Source: Gemmatimonadales bacterium
GTDB lineage: Bacteria; Gemmatimonadota; Gemmatimonadetes; Gemmatimonadales; GWC2-71-9
Direction: 5' to 3'
NCBI GenBank assembly: GCA_035620935.1
Contig: DASPFU010000035.1
Span: 1-44,461 of the forward strand
DNA length: 44,461 nucleotides
The notes below the pieces were generated by a model. That model saw only the letters and a list, made by a program, of their open reading frames with translations. It had not been told where the DNA came from and did no database searches. This document shows, one piece after another, positions 1 to 8,565 of the stretch; within the stretch, counting starts at the first letter, position 1, and every line of letters starts with the position of its first letter. Position numbers and translations under genes: made by a program.

Positions 1-602
1 TGGAGATGATCGCGTCCTACTCGGCGTTCGCCACGCTCGGGACGCGGGTGTCCCCCCTCTTCGTGGTGCGGGTGGAGGATCGCGACGGCACGATCCTGTG
101 GCAGCCGGCGGTGCGGCGGGAGACGGTGATGGACTCGGCGCACGCCTGGCTCGTCACCGACATGCTGCACGACGTGGTCCGGCGGGGGACGGCGTTCACG
201 GCGGTGCGGCGCGGCGGGTTCACGATCCCCGCGGGCGGCAAGACCGGCACCACCGACGACCACACCGACGCCTGGTACATCGGATTCACGCCGGAGATCG
301 TGGCGGGCATCTGGGTCGGGTACGATTTCCAGCAGCGCATCATGGACAACGCGGGCGGCGGCCGTATCGTGGCGCCCGCCTGGGCGGCGTTCATGCGCGC
401 CGTGTACGACCGGCGGCCGGCCCCCAGGGACTGGGCGCGTCCGGACTCGCTGGTCACGCGCGAGGTCGATCGCAGCACCGGATTCCTCGCGACGCCGTTC
501 TGCCCGCTCGAGCTGCGGCACTGGGACTGGTTCTACCCAGGCACCGAGCCGATCCGGGTGTGCCCCGTCCATTCGGTGTTCGGGCCGGCGCTGACGCCCT
601 GA
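1..602 (+). CDS. Class A penicillin-binding protein (PBP1A family), C-terminal transpeptidase part; 5' end lies outside the window
   Basis: The frame of ORF 6..602 is open to the window edge. 'GGKTGTTDDHTDAWYIGFTPEIVAGIWVGYD' carries the KTG(T) box of the penicillin-binding transpeptidase domain. G/C third-position bias is strong. Confidence 0.8.
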   Translation, partial: EMIASYSAFATLGTRVSPLFVVRVEDRDGTILWQPAVRRETVMDSAHAWLVTDMLHDVVRRGTAFTAVRRGGFTIPAGGKTGTTDDHTDAWYIGFTPEIVAGIWVGYDFQQRIMDNAGGGRIVAPAWAAFMRAVYDRRPAPRDWARPDSLVTREVDRSTGFLATPFCPLELRHWDWFYPGTEPIRVCPVHSVFGPALTP

Positions 603-603
603 C

Positions 604-1827
604 GTGCTGCGGATCCGCGCGTCCGGCGTCTGGCCGGTGACGGCGCCGCCCATCGTGGACGGCGCCGTGCTCGTGGACGGGGACCGCATCGCCGCCGTCG
701 GCCCGCATGCAGCCGTCCCCGTCCCGCCCGGGGCCGAGACGGTCGAGTACCGCGACGCGGTCCTCGTGCCGGGCCTCGTCAACTGCCACACCCACCTGGA
801 GCTGACGCACCTCGCGGGCCGGAACGGCGAGCGGGAGTTCGCGGGGTGGCTCGGGCGGGTGCGCGAGATGAAGGACGCCACCACGGTGGAGGAGTTCGCG
901 GCCGCGGCGGAGCAGGGGGTCCGCGACAGCTGGGCCCGTGGCGTCACCTGCGTGGCCGAGACCGGCAGCACCGGGGCGGTCATCGCGGCGCTCGCCCGGC
1001 TCGGCGGGCGCGGGGTCGTCTACCAGGAGGTGTTCGGGCCGGACCCGTCGGCCCGCGACGCGTCGCTCCGTGACCTCGAGGCGGCGATCGTGCGGCTGAC
1101 GCCGTTCGTGTCCGACCGCGTGCGCCTCGGCCTGTCGCCGCACTCGCCCTATACGGTGAGCGGTCCGCTGTTCCGCGCGGTGGCCGAGCTGGCGCGCCTC
1201 GAGCGCCTGCCCCTGGCCGTGCACCTCGCTGAGTCGCCGGCGGAGAGCGAGCTCGTGCGGCACGGGACGGGCCCGTTCGCGGAGCGGCTGCGAGCCCGCG
1301 GCGTCGCGGTGGAGGCGCGCGGCGTCTCCCCGGTCCGGTACCTCGCCGACCTCGACGTGCTGCCATCTGCCGACAGCCATCTGCCCACGCTCTGCATCCA
1401 CTGCGTCCAAGTGGACGACGACGACATCCGCCTGCTCCGGGAGCGTGGTGCCGCCGTCGCGGCGTGTCCGCGGTCGAACCGGGCGCACGGCCACGGGGAG
1501 TCGCCGGTCGCGGCGCTGCGGGCGGCGGGCGTGCCGCTCGGGCTGGGTACCGACTCGGTGGTGAGCGTGCCGGATCTCGATCTCTGGGCCGAGGCCGACG
1601 CGGTCGGTCTGGGATGGGACGAGGCGTTGCGACTGCTCACGATCGAGGGCGCGCGGGCCCTGGCGTGGGACGATGCGATCGGATCGCTCGAGGTCGGCAA
1701 GGAGGCCGACCTGGCGGTGCTGACGGTGTCCGCCCCCGGCCGCCTCCGTCCGCCTCCGTCCGCGGTCCTGACCGTCGTCTCAGGGCGGGTCGTCCACCGC
1801 GCCGCTCCCCGCTCGCGGCGCGGGTAA
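604..1827 (+). CDS. Amidohydrolase-superfamily metal-dependent hydrolase (chlorohydrolase/deaminase-like); substrate not assignable
   Basis: 407-aa ORF with a GTG start 2 nt after the PBP stop. It has the 'VPGLVNCHTHLELTH' HxH metal motif and 'LGLGTDS' near the C-terminus. Confidence 0.75.
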   Translation: MLRIRASGVWPVTAPPIVDGAVLVDGDRIAAVGPHAAVPVPPGAETVEYRDAVLVPGLVNCHTHLELTHLAGRNGEREFAGWLGRVREMKDATTVEEFAAAAEQGVRDSWARGVTCVAETGSTGAVIAALARLGGRGVVYQEVFGPDPSARDASLRDLEAAIVRLTPFVSDRVRLGLSPHSPYTVSGPLFRAVAELARLERLPLAVHLAESPAESELVRHGTGPFAERLRARGVAVEARGVSPVRYLADLDVLPSADSHLPTLCIHCVQVDDDDIRLLRERGAAVAACPRSNRAHGHGESPVAALRAAGVPLGLGTDSVVSVPDLDLWAEADAVGLGWDEALRLLTIEGARALAWDDAIGSLEVGKEADLAVLTVSAPGRLRPPPSAVLTVVSGRVVHRAAPRSRRG

Positions 1828-1830
1828 ACC

Positions 1831-1895
1831 CGCGACTCGGCGTCGTCTGCTGAAGCAGAGTCGGGCGCCCGTTTACGGGCCGACGCCGAGCCGCG
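1831..1895. other. Structured element: a 15-bp outer stem enclosing two 5-bp hairpins (Y-shaped)
   Basis: CGCGACTCGGCGTCG (1831-1845) pairs with CGACGCCGAGCCGCG (1881-1895) with one mismatch. The inner hairpins are TCTGC-tgaa-GCAGA (1846-1859) and GCCCG-ttta-CGGGC (1867-1880). No T-tract follows. Confidence 0.45.
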
Positions 1896-1939
1896 AGTTC
1901 ACTCGCGTGCCTGAGCGGAAGCGCGCTCGCCCACCACGC

Positions 1940-1948
1940 TGCTAGATT
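1940..1948 (+). promoter_or_regulatory. Extended -10 box TGcTAGATT, 7 nt upstream of the argR ATG (possible leaderless transcript)
   Basis: TGCTAGATT at 1940-1948 fits the TGnTAnnnT pattern. Only 'ctctccg' separates it from ATG 1956, and there is no Shine-Dalgarno sequence. Confidence 0.4.
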
Positions 1949-1955
1949 CTCTCCG

Positions 1956-2411
1956 ATGAAGACCCAGCGGCACGCCGCCATCCTGCGCGTGATCCGGCGC
2001 GAGACGGTCAGGAACCAGGAACAGCTCCGCGCGCTGCTGCGCGCCGAGGGGTTCAACGTCACGCAGGCGACGCTGTCGCGGGACATCCGCGAATTGGGAC
2101 TCGCCAAGGTCGCCGCGCCCGATGGGGCGTCCCACTATGCGCCCCCGCCCGAAGGGGCCGCCGGGGTCCACCCCACCCTCGAGCAGCTGCTCCCCACCAT
2201 GCTGGTCTCGGTCGAAGGCGTCGGCCCCCTGCTCGTGCTCAAGACGGCGACCGGGGCGGCGCAGTCGCTGGGCGTGGCGCTCGACGGCGCCGGGTGGACG
2301 GACGTGCTGGGCACCATCGCGGGCGACGACGCCCTGCTCGTGATCGCCCGCTCGGAGCGGGCCCGCCGCGCGGTGCAGACCCGCCTCGAGGAGCTCGCCG
2401 GCCTGCCCTGA
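1956..2411 (+). CDS. argR: Arginine repressor ArgR
   Basis: 151 aa. The N-terminal winged helix is 'QEQLRALLRAEGFNVTQATLSRDIRELGLAKV' and the C-terminal motif is 'GTIAGDDALLVIAR' (GTIAGDD type). The gene lies directly upstream of argG-argH. Confidence 0.9.
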   Translation: MKTQRHAAILRVIRRETVRNQEQLRALLRAEGFNVTQATLSRDIRELGLAKVAAPDGASHYAPPPEGAAGVHPTLEQLLPTMLVSVEGVGPLLVLKTATGAAQSLGVALDGAGWTDVLGTIAGDDALLVIARSERARRAVQTRLEELAGLP

Positions 2412-2418
2412 CGGGGCA

Positions 2419-2446
2419 TTGACGCGCCGCCCCGGTTTTGTATGTT
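2419..2446 (+). promoter_or_regulatory. Putative sigma70-type promoter of argG (TTGACG-16 nt-TATGTT)
   Basis: TTGACG is at 2419-2424 and TATGTT at 2441-2446, inside an AT-richer patch of an otherwise GC-rich spacer. Confidence 0.5.
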
Positions 2447-2466
2447 TATGCACCTTGGTGCATAAA
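2445..2466. promoter_or_regulatory. ARG-box-like operator: perfect inverted repeat TTTATGCACC-tt-GGTGCATAAA
   Basis: The 10-bp arms are perfectly complementary and AT-rich. The repeat overlaps the -10/+1 region of the putative argG promoter and sits immediately downstream of argR. Confidence 0.6.
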
Positions 2467-2484
2467 CCAACAGGAGCGCGCCAG

Positions 2485-3714
2485 ATGGGTCCTCTCGTCG
2501 TCCTCGCATACTCCGGCGGCCTCGATACATCGGCCATCGTCCCCTGGTTGCGCGAGCGCTACGGCGCGCGCGTGCTGTGCTATGCCGCCGACGTGGGGCA
2601 GGGCGCGGGCGAGCTGGACGGGCTCGTCGCCAAGGCGAAGCGCTCCGGCGCGGTGGACTGCGTGGTGGAGGATCTCCGCGAAGAGTTCGTGCGCGACTTC
2701 GTGTTCCCGACGCTGCGCGCCGGCGCGGTCTACGCCCGCACCTATCTGCTCGGCACCGCCATGGCGCGGCCGGTGATCGCCGCGCACCAGGCGGCGCTCG
2801 CCCGGCGCGTCGGCGCCGAGGCTCTGGCGCACGGCTGCACCGGCAAGGGCAACGATCAGGTGCGCTTCGAGCTCACCTTCGCGGCGCTCGCGCCCGAGCT
2901 CAAGGTCATCGCCCCGTGGCGCGAGTGGGAGTTCGGCGGCCGCGAGGACCTGATCGCCTACGTCCGCGCGCAGGGCATCCCCGTGACCGCCACGGTGGAC
3001 AAGCCGTACTCCACCGACCGCAACCTGTGGCACTGCTCGCACGAGGGCGGGATCCTGGAGGACCCGGGCGAGGAAGCGCCCGAGCACATCTTCCTGATGA
3101 CGCGCGATCCCGTGTCCGCCCCCGACCGCCCCGTCGTGGTGCGCGTCGGCTTCGACGCGGGGAATCCGGTCGAGCTCGACAGCGTGCCGATGGGTCCCGT
3201 CGAGCTGCTCGAGACGCTGAACGAGATCGCGGGCGAGCACGGGGTCGGCCGCGCCGACGTCGTGGAGGACCGGCTCGTCGGCATGAAGTCCCGTGGCGTG
3301 TACGAGACGCCGGGGGGCACGGTGCTGTACGCCGCGCATCGCGAGCTCGAGCAGCTGGTGCTCGACCGCCGCACGCTGCGGCTCAAGGACGAGGTGGCGC
3401 TGCGGTACGCCGACCTGCTATACGACGGGCGGTGGTGGACCCCGGAGCGCGACGCGCTCGATGCGCTCGTCACGACCACGCAGCAGCGGGTCACCGGCTG
3501 GGTGCAGCTCAAGCTCTACAAGGGCGGCGTCACGGTGGCGGGGCGGTCGAGCCCCTACGCGCTGTATCAGCCCTCGTACGCGACGTTCGGGAAGGACCAC
3601 GTGTACGACCAGAAGCACGCCGAGGGGTTCATCCACCTCTACGGCCTGCCGATCCGCATCGGGGCGGGGCTCGCGGCCGAGCGGACGCGCGAGATCGGCG
3701 CGGCGGCCGACTGA
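2485..3714 (+). CDS. argG: Argininosuccinate synthase
   Basis: 'MGPLVVLAYSGGLDTS' carries the SGGLDTS ATP-pyrophosphatase motif, and similarity to ArgG runs the full length. ATG 2485 is preceded by CAGGAG at 2471-2476. The track start at 2419 would translate the promoter and operator. Confidence 0.95.
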   Translation: MGPLVVLAYSGGLDTSAIVPWLRERYGARVLCYAADVGQGAGELDGLVAKAKRSGAVDCVVEDLREEFVRDFVFPTLRAGAVYARTYLLGTAMARPVIAAHQAALARRVGAEALAHGCTGKGNDQVRFELTFAALAPELKVIAPWREWEFGGREDLIAYVRAQGIPVTATVDKPYSTDRNLWHCSHEGGILEDPGEEAPEHIFLMTRDPVSAPDRPVVVRVGFDAGNPVELDSVPMGPVELLETLNEIAGEHGVGRADVVEDRLVGMKSRGVYETPGGTVLYAAHRELEQLVLDRRTLRLKDEVALRYADLLYDGRWWTPERDALDALVTTTQQRVTGWVQLKLYKGGVTVAGRSSPYALYQPSYATFGKDHVYDQKHAEGFIHLYGLPIRIGAGLAAERTREIGAAAD

Positions 3715-5132
3715 TGGCCGGCGAGCGCCATGTGGGAGGGGCGGCGGCCCCGCCGCATCAGATGTGGGGCGGCCGGTTCGCGGGTGGGCCGAGCCAGGCG
3801 CTCGACGCTCTGAACCGCTCGCTCGGCACCGACCACCGCCTGTGGCCGCAGGACGTGGCCGCGAGCCGCGCCTGGGCCCACGCCCTGGGCCGCGCCGGCG
3901 TGCTCAGTCCCGACGAGGAAGGGCTCATCCTCATCGGCCTCGATCGGGCGGCCGAGCGGCTCGCCGACGGGGCGGCGCTCGGCGCCGCCGACGAGGACGT
4001 GCACACCCTGGTCGAGCGGCTGCTCTACGAGGAGATCGGCGCCACGGCCGGCAAGCTGCACACCGGCCGCTCGCGCAACGACCAGGTCGCCACCGATTTC
4101 CGTCTATGGACGCTGGAGGCGATCGACCAGCTCGACGCCGATCTCGCGATCCTCGGCGCGACGCTCGTCGGCCGCGCGCGCGAAGGCGTGGACGAGCTGC
4201 TCCCGGGCTACACGCACAGCCAGCGCGCCCAGCCGGTGCGCTGGGCGTACGTCCTGCTCGCGCATGCGTGGCCGCTGGTGCGCGACCGCCAGCGTCTCGC
4301 CGACGCACGGCGACGGACGGCAGAGCTGCCGCTCGGCTCGGGCGCGCTCGCCGGGTCGGGGTTCGCGGTGGACCGCGTCCTCCTGAAGGAGGCGCTCGGG
4401 TTCCGCTCCATCTCGGCCAACGCGCTCGACGCCACCGGCGACCGGGACTTCGTCGCCGAGGTGCTGTTCGCGCTCACCCTCGCGGCCACCCACGTCTCGC
4501 GCCTCGGCGCCGAGATCGTGCTGTACAGCACGCAGGAGTTCGGGTTCGTGCGCCTCGCCGACGAGTACTCGACCGGCTCGAGCCTGCTGCCGCAGAAACG
4601 CAACCCCGACATCTTCGAGCTGGCGCGCGCCAAGGCGGCGCGCCTCACGGGCGATCTCGTCGCCCTGCTCGGCACGCTCAAGGGGATCCCGGCGGGCTAC
4701 TCGAAGGACCTCCAGGAGGACAAGCCGCTGCTGTTCGACGCGTTCGACACGCTCGGCCTCGTCCTGCCGGCGGTGACGGGCGCGCTCGCTACGCTCACGG
4801 TCGTTCCGGAGCGTATGACGGCGGCGCTCGACGCTTCGCTGCGCGCCACGGATCTCGCCGATCACCTGGTACAGGCGGGCATCCCGTTCCGGGAGAGCCA
4901 CGGCCTCGTGGGCCGGTTGGTGCGCGAGGCGGAGCGGCTCGGGGTGGCACTCGACCGTGTGCCGCCCGCGGCGGCCGGCGCGATCCACGCCGCCCTGCCG
5001 GCGGCACTGGCCGCCCTGGGCGGCTGGGAGCACTCGGTCGAGCACCGCGCCACGCCGGGCGGCTCGTCCCGGGCATCGGTCCGGGAGCAGATCGAGGAGC
5101 TGCAGCGGGTGTTCGCCCATCCAGGCGAGTAG
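3714..5132 (+). CDS. argH: Argininosuccinate lyase
   Basis: It has the 'MWGGRF' N-terminus, 'GYTHSQRAQP', and the fumarate-lyase signature 'GSSLLPQKRNPD'. ATG 3714 overlaps the argG TGA (TGATG). An alternative start is ATG 3762. Confidence 0.92.
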   Translation: MAGERHVGGAAAPPHQMWGGRFAGGPSQALDALNRSLGTDHRLWPQDVAASRAWAHALGRAGVLSPDEEGLILIGLDRAAERLADGAALGAADEDVHTLVERLLYEEIGATAGKLHTGRSRNDQVATDFRLWTLEAIDQLDADLAILGATLVGRAREGVDELLPGYTHSQRAQPVRWAYVLLAHAWPLVRDRQRLADARRRTAELPLGSGALAGSGFAVDRVLLKEALGFRSISANALDATGDRDFVAEVLFALTLAATHVSRLGAEIVLYSTQEFGFVRLADEYSTGSSLLPQKRNPDIFELARAKAARLTGDLVALLGTLKGIPAGYSKDLQEDKPLLFDAFDTLGLVLPAVTGALATLTVVPERMTAALDASLRATDLADHLVQAGIPFRESHGLVGRLVREAERLGVALDRVPPAAAGAIHAALPAALAALGGWEHSVEHRATPGGSSRASVREQIEELQRVFAHPGE

Positions 5133-5188
5133 CCGCGCCCGCTAACCGCCCGACTTGTCAGGAGTTGCCCCTCCCGGTTAGGATACGG

Positions 5189-5225
5189 GGCCGCCTCGCC
5201 CGTGGAGGACGAGACGGCCTTTTTT
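5189..5225 (+). terminator. Rho-independent terminator after argH
   Basis: GGCCGCCTCG (5189-5198) pairs with CGAGACGGCC (5210-5219) at 9 of 10 positions, with an 11-nt loop. TTTTTT follows at 5220-5225. Confidence 0.7.
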
Positions 5226-5241
5226 GCGGGGAGGAGCAGGC

Positions 5242-5790
5242 GTGCGCTGTCTCGCGCTCAACGCGTCGTTCGAGCCACTGACCATGGTGCCCGTGCGCCG
5301 CGCGCTGCGGCTGGTGATCGACGGCAAGGCCGAGATCGTGGAGGCGGAGGGCGCCGCCGTGCGCAGCGAGCGGCTGGCGCTGCCGCGGCCCGCGGTCATC
5401 CGTCTGGTCAAGTTCGTGCACGTGCCGCGGCGGTTCCGCCGCCAGGTGACGAACACGTTCCTGTTCGCCCGCGACGGCTACCGCTGCCAGTTCTGCGGGC
5501 GTGCCCAGCAGGAGCTGCGGCACCGCGAGTGCCTCACGCGCGACCATCTGATCCCGCTGTCGCGCGGCGGGACCAACACCTGGACCAACGTGCTGACGGC
5601 CTGCAGCTCGTGCAACACGCGCAAGGGCAACCTGCTGCCCGACGAGGCCGGGATGCACCCGCTGCACACGCCGGTCGAGCCGCATTTCGTCCATCTCGCG
5701 TGGGCGGTGCGCCGGCTGACGCGGATCCAGACGCGCTACATCCGGACGTTCTACGGCGCCGAGGTGCTGAAGACCCTGGAGTCGCTGTGA
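5242..5790 (+). CDS. HNH endonuclease-family protein
   Basis: 'YRCQFCGR...LTRDHLIPLSRGGTNTWTNVLTACSSCNTRKGN' is an HNH/zinc-finger core. GTG 5242 lies 5 nt after GGGGAGGAG (5228-5236). The track start at 5224 sits inside the terminator T-tract. Confidence 0.8.
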   Translation: MRCLALNASFEPLTMVPVRRALRLVIDGKAEIVEAEGAAVRSERLALPRPAVIRLVKFVHVPRRFRRQVTNTFLFARDGYRCQFCGRAQQELRHRECLTRDHLIPLSRGGTNTWTNVLTACSSCNTRKGNLLPDEAGMHPLHTPVEPHFVHLAWAVRRLTRIQTRYIRTFYGAEVLKTLESL

Positions 5791-6182
5791 GCCGGCGCCT
5801 GCCGTGGCTGATCGCCGGAGCCGCGGGGGTGCTGCTCGCCGTGGTGCTGTGGACGGGCCGCGCCCGCGCGGGGCATCCCGATCCCCGTCCCGGGATCACC
5901 GCGGAGAAAGTCCTCCCGCCGGCGGCCGTGCCGCGCACCGCGGGGTCGGTCGAGTCCTACGCCGCCGCGCGCGCCGTGCCGCAGGTGCTCGACGGGCTGT
6001 GGTGCTACTGCGACTGCGCCCGGCACTCGGGGCACCGTTCGCTGCTCACCTGCTTCGAGTCGGAGCACGGCGGGTACTGCGACATCTGCATGGGCGAGGC
6101 CGTGCTGGCGCAGCAGATGACGGCACGCGGCGATGCCATCGACGCGATCCGGCGGGCGATCGACGCGCAGTTCGGGACCTAA
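5787..6182 (+). CDS. Membrane-anchored Cys/His-rich protein of the PCYCGC-motif type
   Basis: GTG 5787 overlaps the HNH stop (GTGA). The N-terminal hydrophobic helix is 'LPWLIAGAAGVLLAVVLW'. The Cys/His motif is 'WCYCDCARHSGHRSLLTCFESEHGGYCDICMGEA'. This is the in-frame 3' part of track ORF 5202..6182. Confidence 0.6.
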   Translation: MSRRLPWLIAGAAGVLLAVVLWTGRARAGHPDPRPGITAEKVLPPAAVPRTAGSVESYAAARAVPQVLDGLWCYCDCARHSGHRSLLTCFESEHGGYCDICMGEAVLAQQMTARGDAIDAIRRAIDAQFGT

Positions 6183-6808
6183 CGCGCCGGCCGGAACCGC
6201 CCCGATCGTCCCTCGAGTGTGAGCCGGGGCAGGCCCGCCAGCCGCAGCAGGGTGCGCTGCGCGCCGCGCGCCAGCGCATCGCCGACATTGCCCCGCTCCG
6301 ACACCGCCGGTCCCACGTCCCCCCGCAGCCACCGCGTCAGCTCGTCCAGGTCCGACTGGTTCAGCGTCGTCGCCTCGAGTCGCGCCAGATAGTAGTACGC
6401 GTCACTACCGCTCGCCGCGAGCGTGACGCGGTAGGGGATCGCCAGCGCCCGGTCCAGATCCTCGGGTGTCGCGTGGCGGCTCGTGGCGCCGCCCGTCCGC
6501 AGCAGCACGAACTCCTCGGTCAGCGGGTCGTGCCGGGCGACCGCGTCCCACCCGACCTCCCGCACGAACACGTCGAACCAGCTCGACCGCACCCGCCACA
6601 GCTCGAGTCGGAAACGGAGCCGCAGCGGGAAGCCCGACCGCAGCAGCGTCACGAACTGGCTGTCCGCCAGCAGCCCCGTGGCCTGCACCCGCGCGGCCGC
6701 CGGCTCGGCGGCCACCGCCAGCACGGCCCGCTGCGCCACGGCGGGCGCCGCGGCGGCCCCGGTCGCGAAGGCGATCGCGACGGCGAACGCGAAGGTGCGA
6801 ACGCGCAC
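6179..6808 (-). CDS. Secreted DUF4390-like protein
   Basis: The signal peptide is 'MRVRTFAFAVAIAFATGAAAAPAVA'. The segment 'LRSGFPLRLRFRLELWRVRSSWFDVFV...HDPLTEEFVL' matches the DUF4390 pattern as I remember it. It is the last gene of the HK-RR-OMP cluster. Confidence 0.5.
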   Translation of the reverse strand: MRVRTFAFAVAIAFATGAAAAPAVAQRAVLAVAAEPAAARVQATGLLADSQFVTLLRSGFPLRLRFRLELWRVRSSWFDVFVREVGWDAVARHDPLTEEFVLLRTGGATSRHATPEDLDRALAIPYRVTLAASGSDAYYYLARLEATTLNQSDLDELTRWLRGDVGPAVSERGNVGDALARGAQRTLLRLAGLPRLTLEGRSGRFRPAR

Positions 6809-6818
6809 CGGTCGACTC

Positions 6819-8555
6819 TTAGAAGCGGTGCGTGAGGCGCAGGATCACCCGCGCCGGCTCGTCGGTGGCGATGGACTTGGCCGCGTACACGCCCAACCCG
6901 CCCCAGTCGAGGCCGGCGCCCAGGTCGGCGAGCCACGAGTCGAGCGGGGGGATCGTGTTGGCCGCGTGGCGGCCGGGGCCGTCTCCCACGAGCCAGGCCG
7001 TGCCGGCGTTGGCGAACAGGACCACGTCGAGCCCGTCCACCCACGCCGCCAGCAGCCCGCCACCCCCGTCGCCGTCGCGGTCCGGATCGTACACCCAGCG
7101 CAACGACACGTGGCCCCGGAACTCGGCCTGGAACAGCAGCACGCGGTCGCACAGCGCCGCGTGGGCGCCGGTGAGCAGCGAGTCGCTCACGGCGTCGCCG
7201 CAGTCGCGGTACCGGAAGGGGTACCCGGGGAAGGGATCGGCGCCGCCGAGCGACAGACGCCGCTGCAGCGACAGCGGGTCGCCGCCCGCCCATCCCCCCG
7301 CCAGGACGCGCAGGTTCATCCGGGCGCTCGGCGTCAGCCGGGCGTACTGGCGTGCGTCGAGCCACAGCCGCCAGAACCGGTAGCCGTCCGTCGGCAGGGA
7401 GTCCCTGACGTCCGGCGGGACGCCGGGGTAGGGTGCCACGTCGTCCGAACCGCTGGTCTCGATCGTGGCCCGCACGAAGGAGCCGCTGGTCGGATCCCAG
7501 CGGTCGTTGCGGGTGTCGTAGGTCGCCGAGCCGGAGAAGGTCAGGTAATGCCCGTTGTCGATCGGGGGATTCGGGCGCCAGTCCTCGTCCGCGCGGAGCA
7601 GCGCGATCGGATCGTTCGTCGGTGCGCTCGTGTGGCGGTCGTACTGCGCCTCGACGCCGAGCACCAGGGGCCGCGCCGGCTGCGCGAAGACGCGGAAGGC
7701 GTACCCGAGGTTGTGGTAGTAGTCGCGGTAGTCGCGGTGGAACAGGAAGGTGGCCCACCCGACCTCGTTCGCGTGGAGCGTCCAGTCCTCGATCGGCGTC
7801 ACGGCGTCGTACGCGCGCACGCCCACGCCGAAGCCCGTCACCTCGCCGCGCCGCAGCTCGCCGCGCACCATGAACCCCAGGTCCGCGCCCTCGCCCGCCG
7901 CCTGGCCGCCGGTGCGGAACATCCCCAGGGCATCGATCTTGAGCCGGGTGCCCCGCGCGACCCGCAGGTCGAACACCGGCCCGAGGACGATCGGCAGCCC
8001 CTCGACGCGGTTGTAGGTGCCGCCGGTGGCGAGCAGCAGCGATACGCGCGAGTCGGCGATGTCCCAGCTCTGACGGGCGGCGAGCCCCCGCAGCCGGCGC
8101 GCGATGCCGGGGGCGTACACCATCGAATCCCCCTCGAGCCGGTAGTAGAGCGGGGAGGCGTAGGTCCGGATGCCGTCCGCGACGCGGGCCGAGTCCGCTC
8201 CCGTCGCGCCGCCGCCGACCACCAGCGCCCCCCCGGTGATCTCCGCGCCCGCGGCGAGGGTGAGGTCCCCGTTCACGACGAGCAGCGAGCCTTCGAGCCG
8301 CCCGGCGAGCGTGACCGGACCGGTCCGGACGGCCACGTCGCCGCGCCAGACACTGCCGGCGGGCAGCGACGTGCGCCCGGCGAGGCGCGCCGTGCCGGCG
8401 GCGTTGTAGAAGCGGATCGCCTCCTCGACCACCGCATGGGGCAGGTCGCGCGCCTCGATGCTGACGCCCGAGCTCTCGGGGCGGATCACGATCACGGTGT
8501 CCTGCGCCGCGAGCGCGGCGGGGAACGCGAGCAGGGCGAACAGAACGGCACGCAT
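6819..8555 (-). CDS. Outer-membrane beta-barrel protein (Omp85/surface-antigen-like barrel) with a beta-helix/bactofilin-like N-terminal region
   Basis: It has the signal peptide 'MRAVLFALLAFPAALAAQ' and a C-terminal '...LRLTHRF' ending in Phe, with alternating beta-strand patterns. The N-terminus 'GDVAVRTGPVTLAGRLEGSLLVVNGDLTLAAGAEITGGALVVGG' is repeat-like. AAGGAG precedes the ATG. Confidence 0.65.
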   Translation of the reverse strand: MRAVLFALLAFPAALAAQDTVIVIRPESSGVSIEARDLPHAVVEEAIRFYNAAGTARLAGRTSLPAGSVWRGDVAVRTGPVTLAGRLEGSLLVVNGDLTLAAGAEITGGALVVGGGATGADSARVADGIRTYASPLYYRLEGDSMVYAPGIARRLRGLAARQSWDIADSRVSLLLATGGTYNRVEGLPIVLGPVFDLRVARGTRLKIDALGMFRTGGQAAGEGADLGFMVRGELRRGEVTGFGVGVRAYDAVTPIEDWTLHANEVGWATFLFHRDYRDYYHNLGYAFRVFAQPARPLVLGVEAQYDRHTSAPTNDPIALLRADEDWRPNPPIDNGHYLTFSGSATYDTRNDRWDPTSGSFVRATIETSGSDDVAPYPGVPPDVRDSLPTDGYRFWRLWLDARQYARLTPSARMNLRVLAGGWAGGDPLSLQRRLSLGGADPFPGYPFRYRDCGDAVSDSLLTGAHAALCDRVLLFQAEFRGHVSLRWVYDPDRDGDGGGGLLAAWVDGLDVVLFANAGTAWLVGDGPGRHAANTIPPLDSWLADLGAGLDWGGLGVYAAKSIATDEPARVILRLTHRF

Positions 8556-8565
8556 GCGAGGCTCC

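Noticed and set aside
2577-5132. 851-aa ORF spanning argG and argH
   Set aside because: The ORF is chimeric. Its first 379 codons read argG out of frame and are Arg/Ala/Gly/Pro-rich with no motifs. Only the part from 3714 onward is the real argH.
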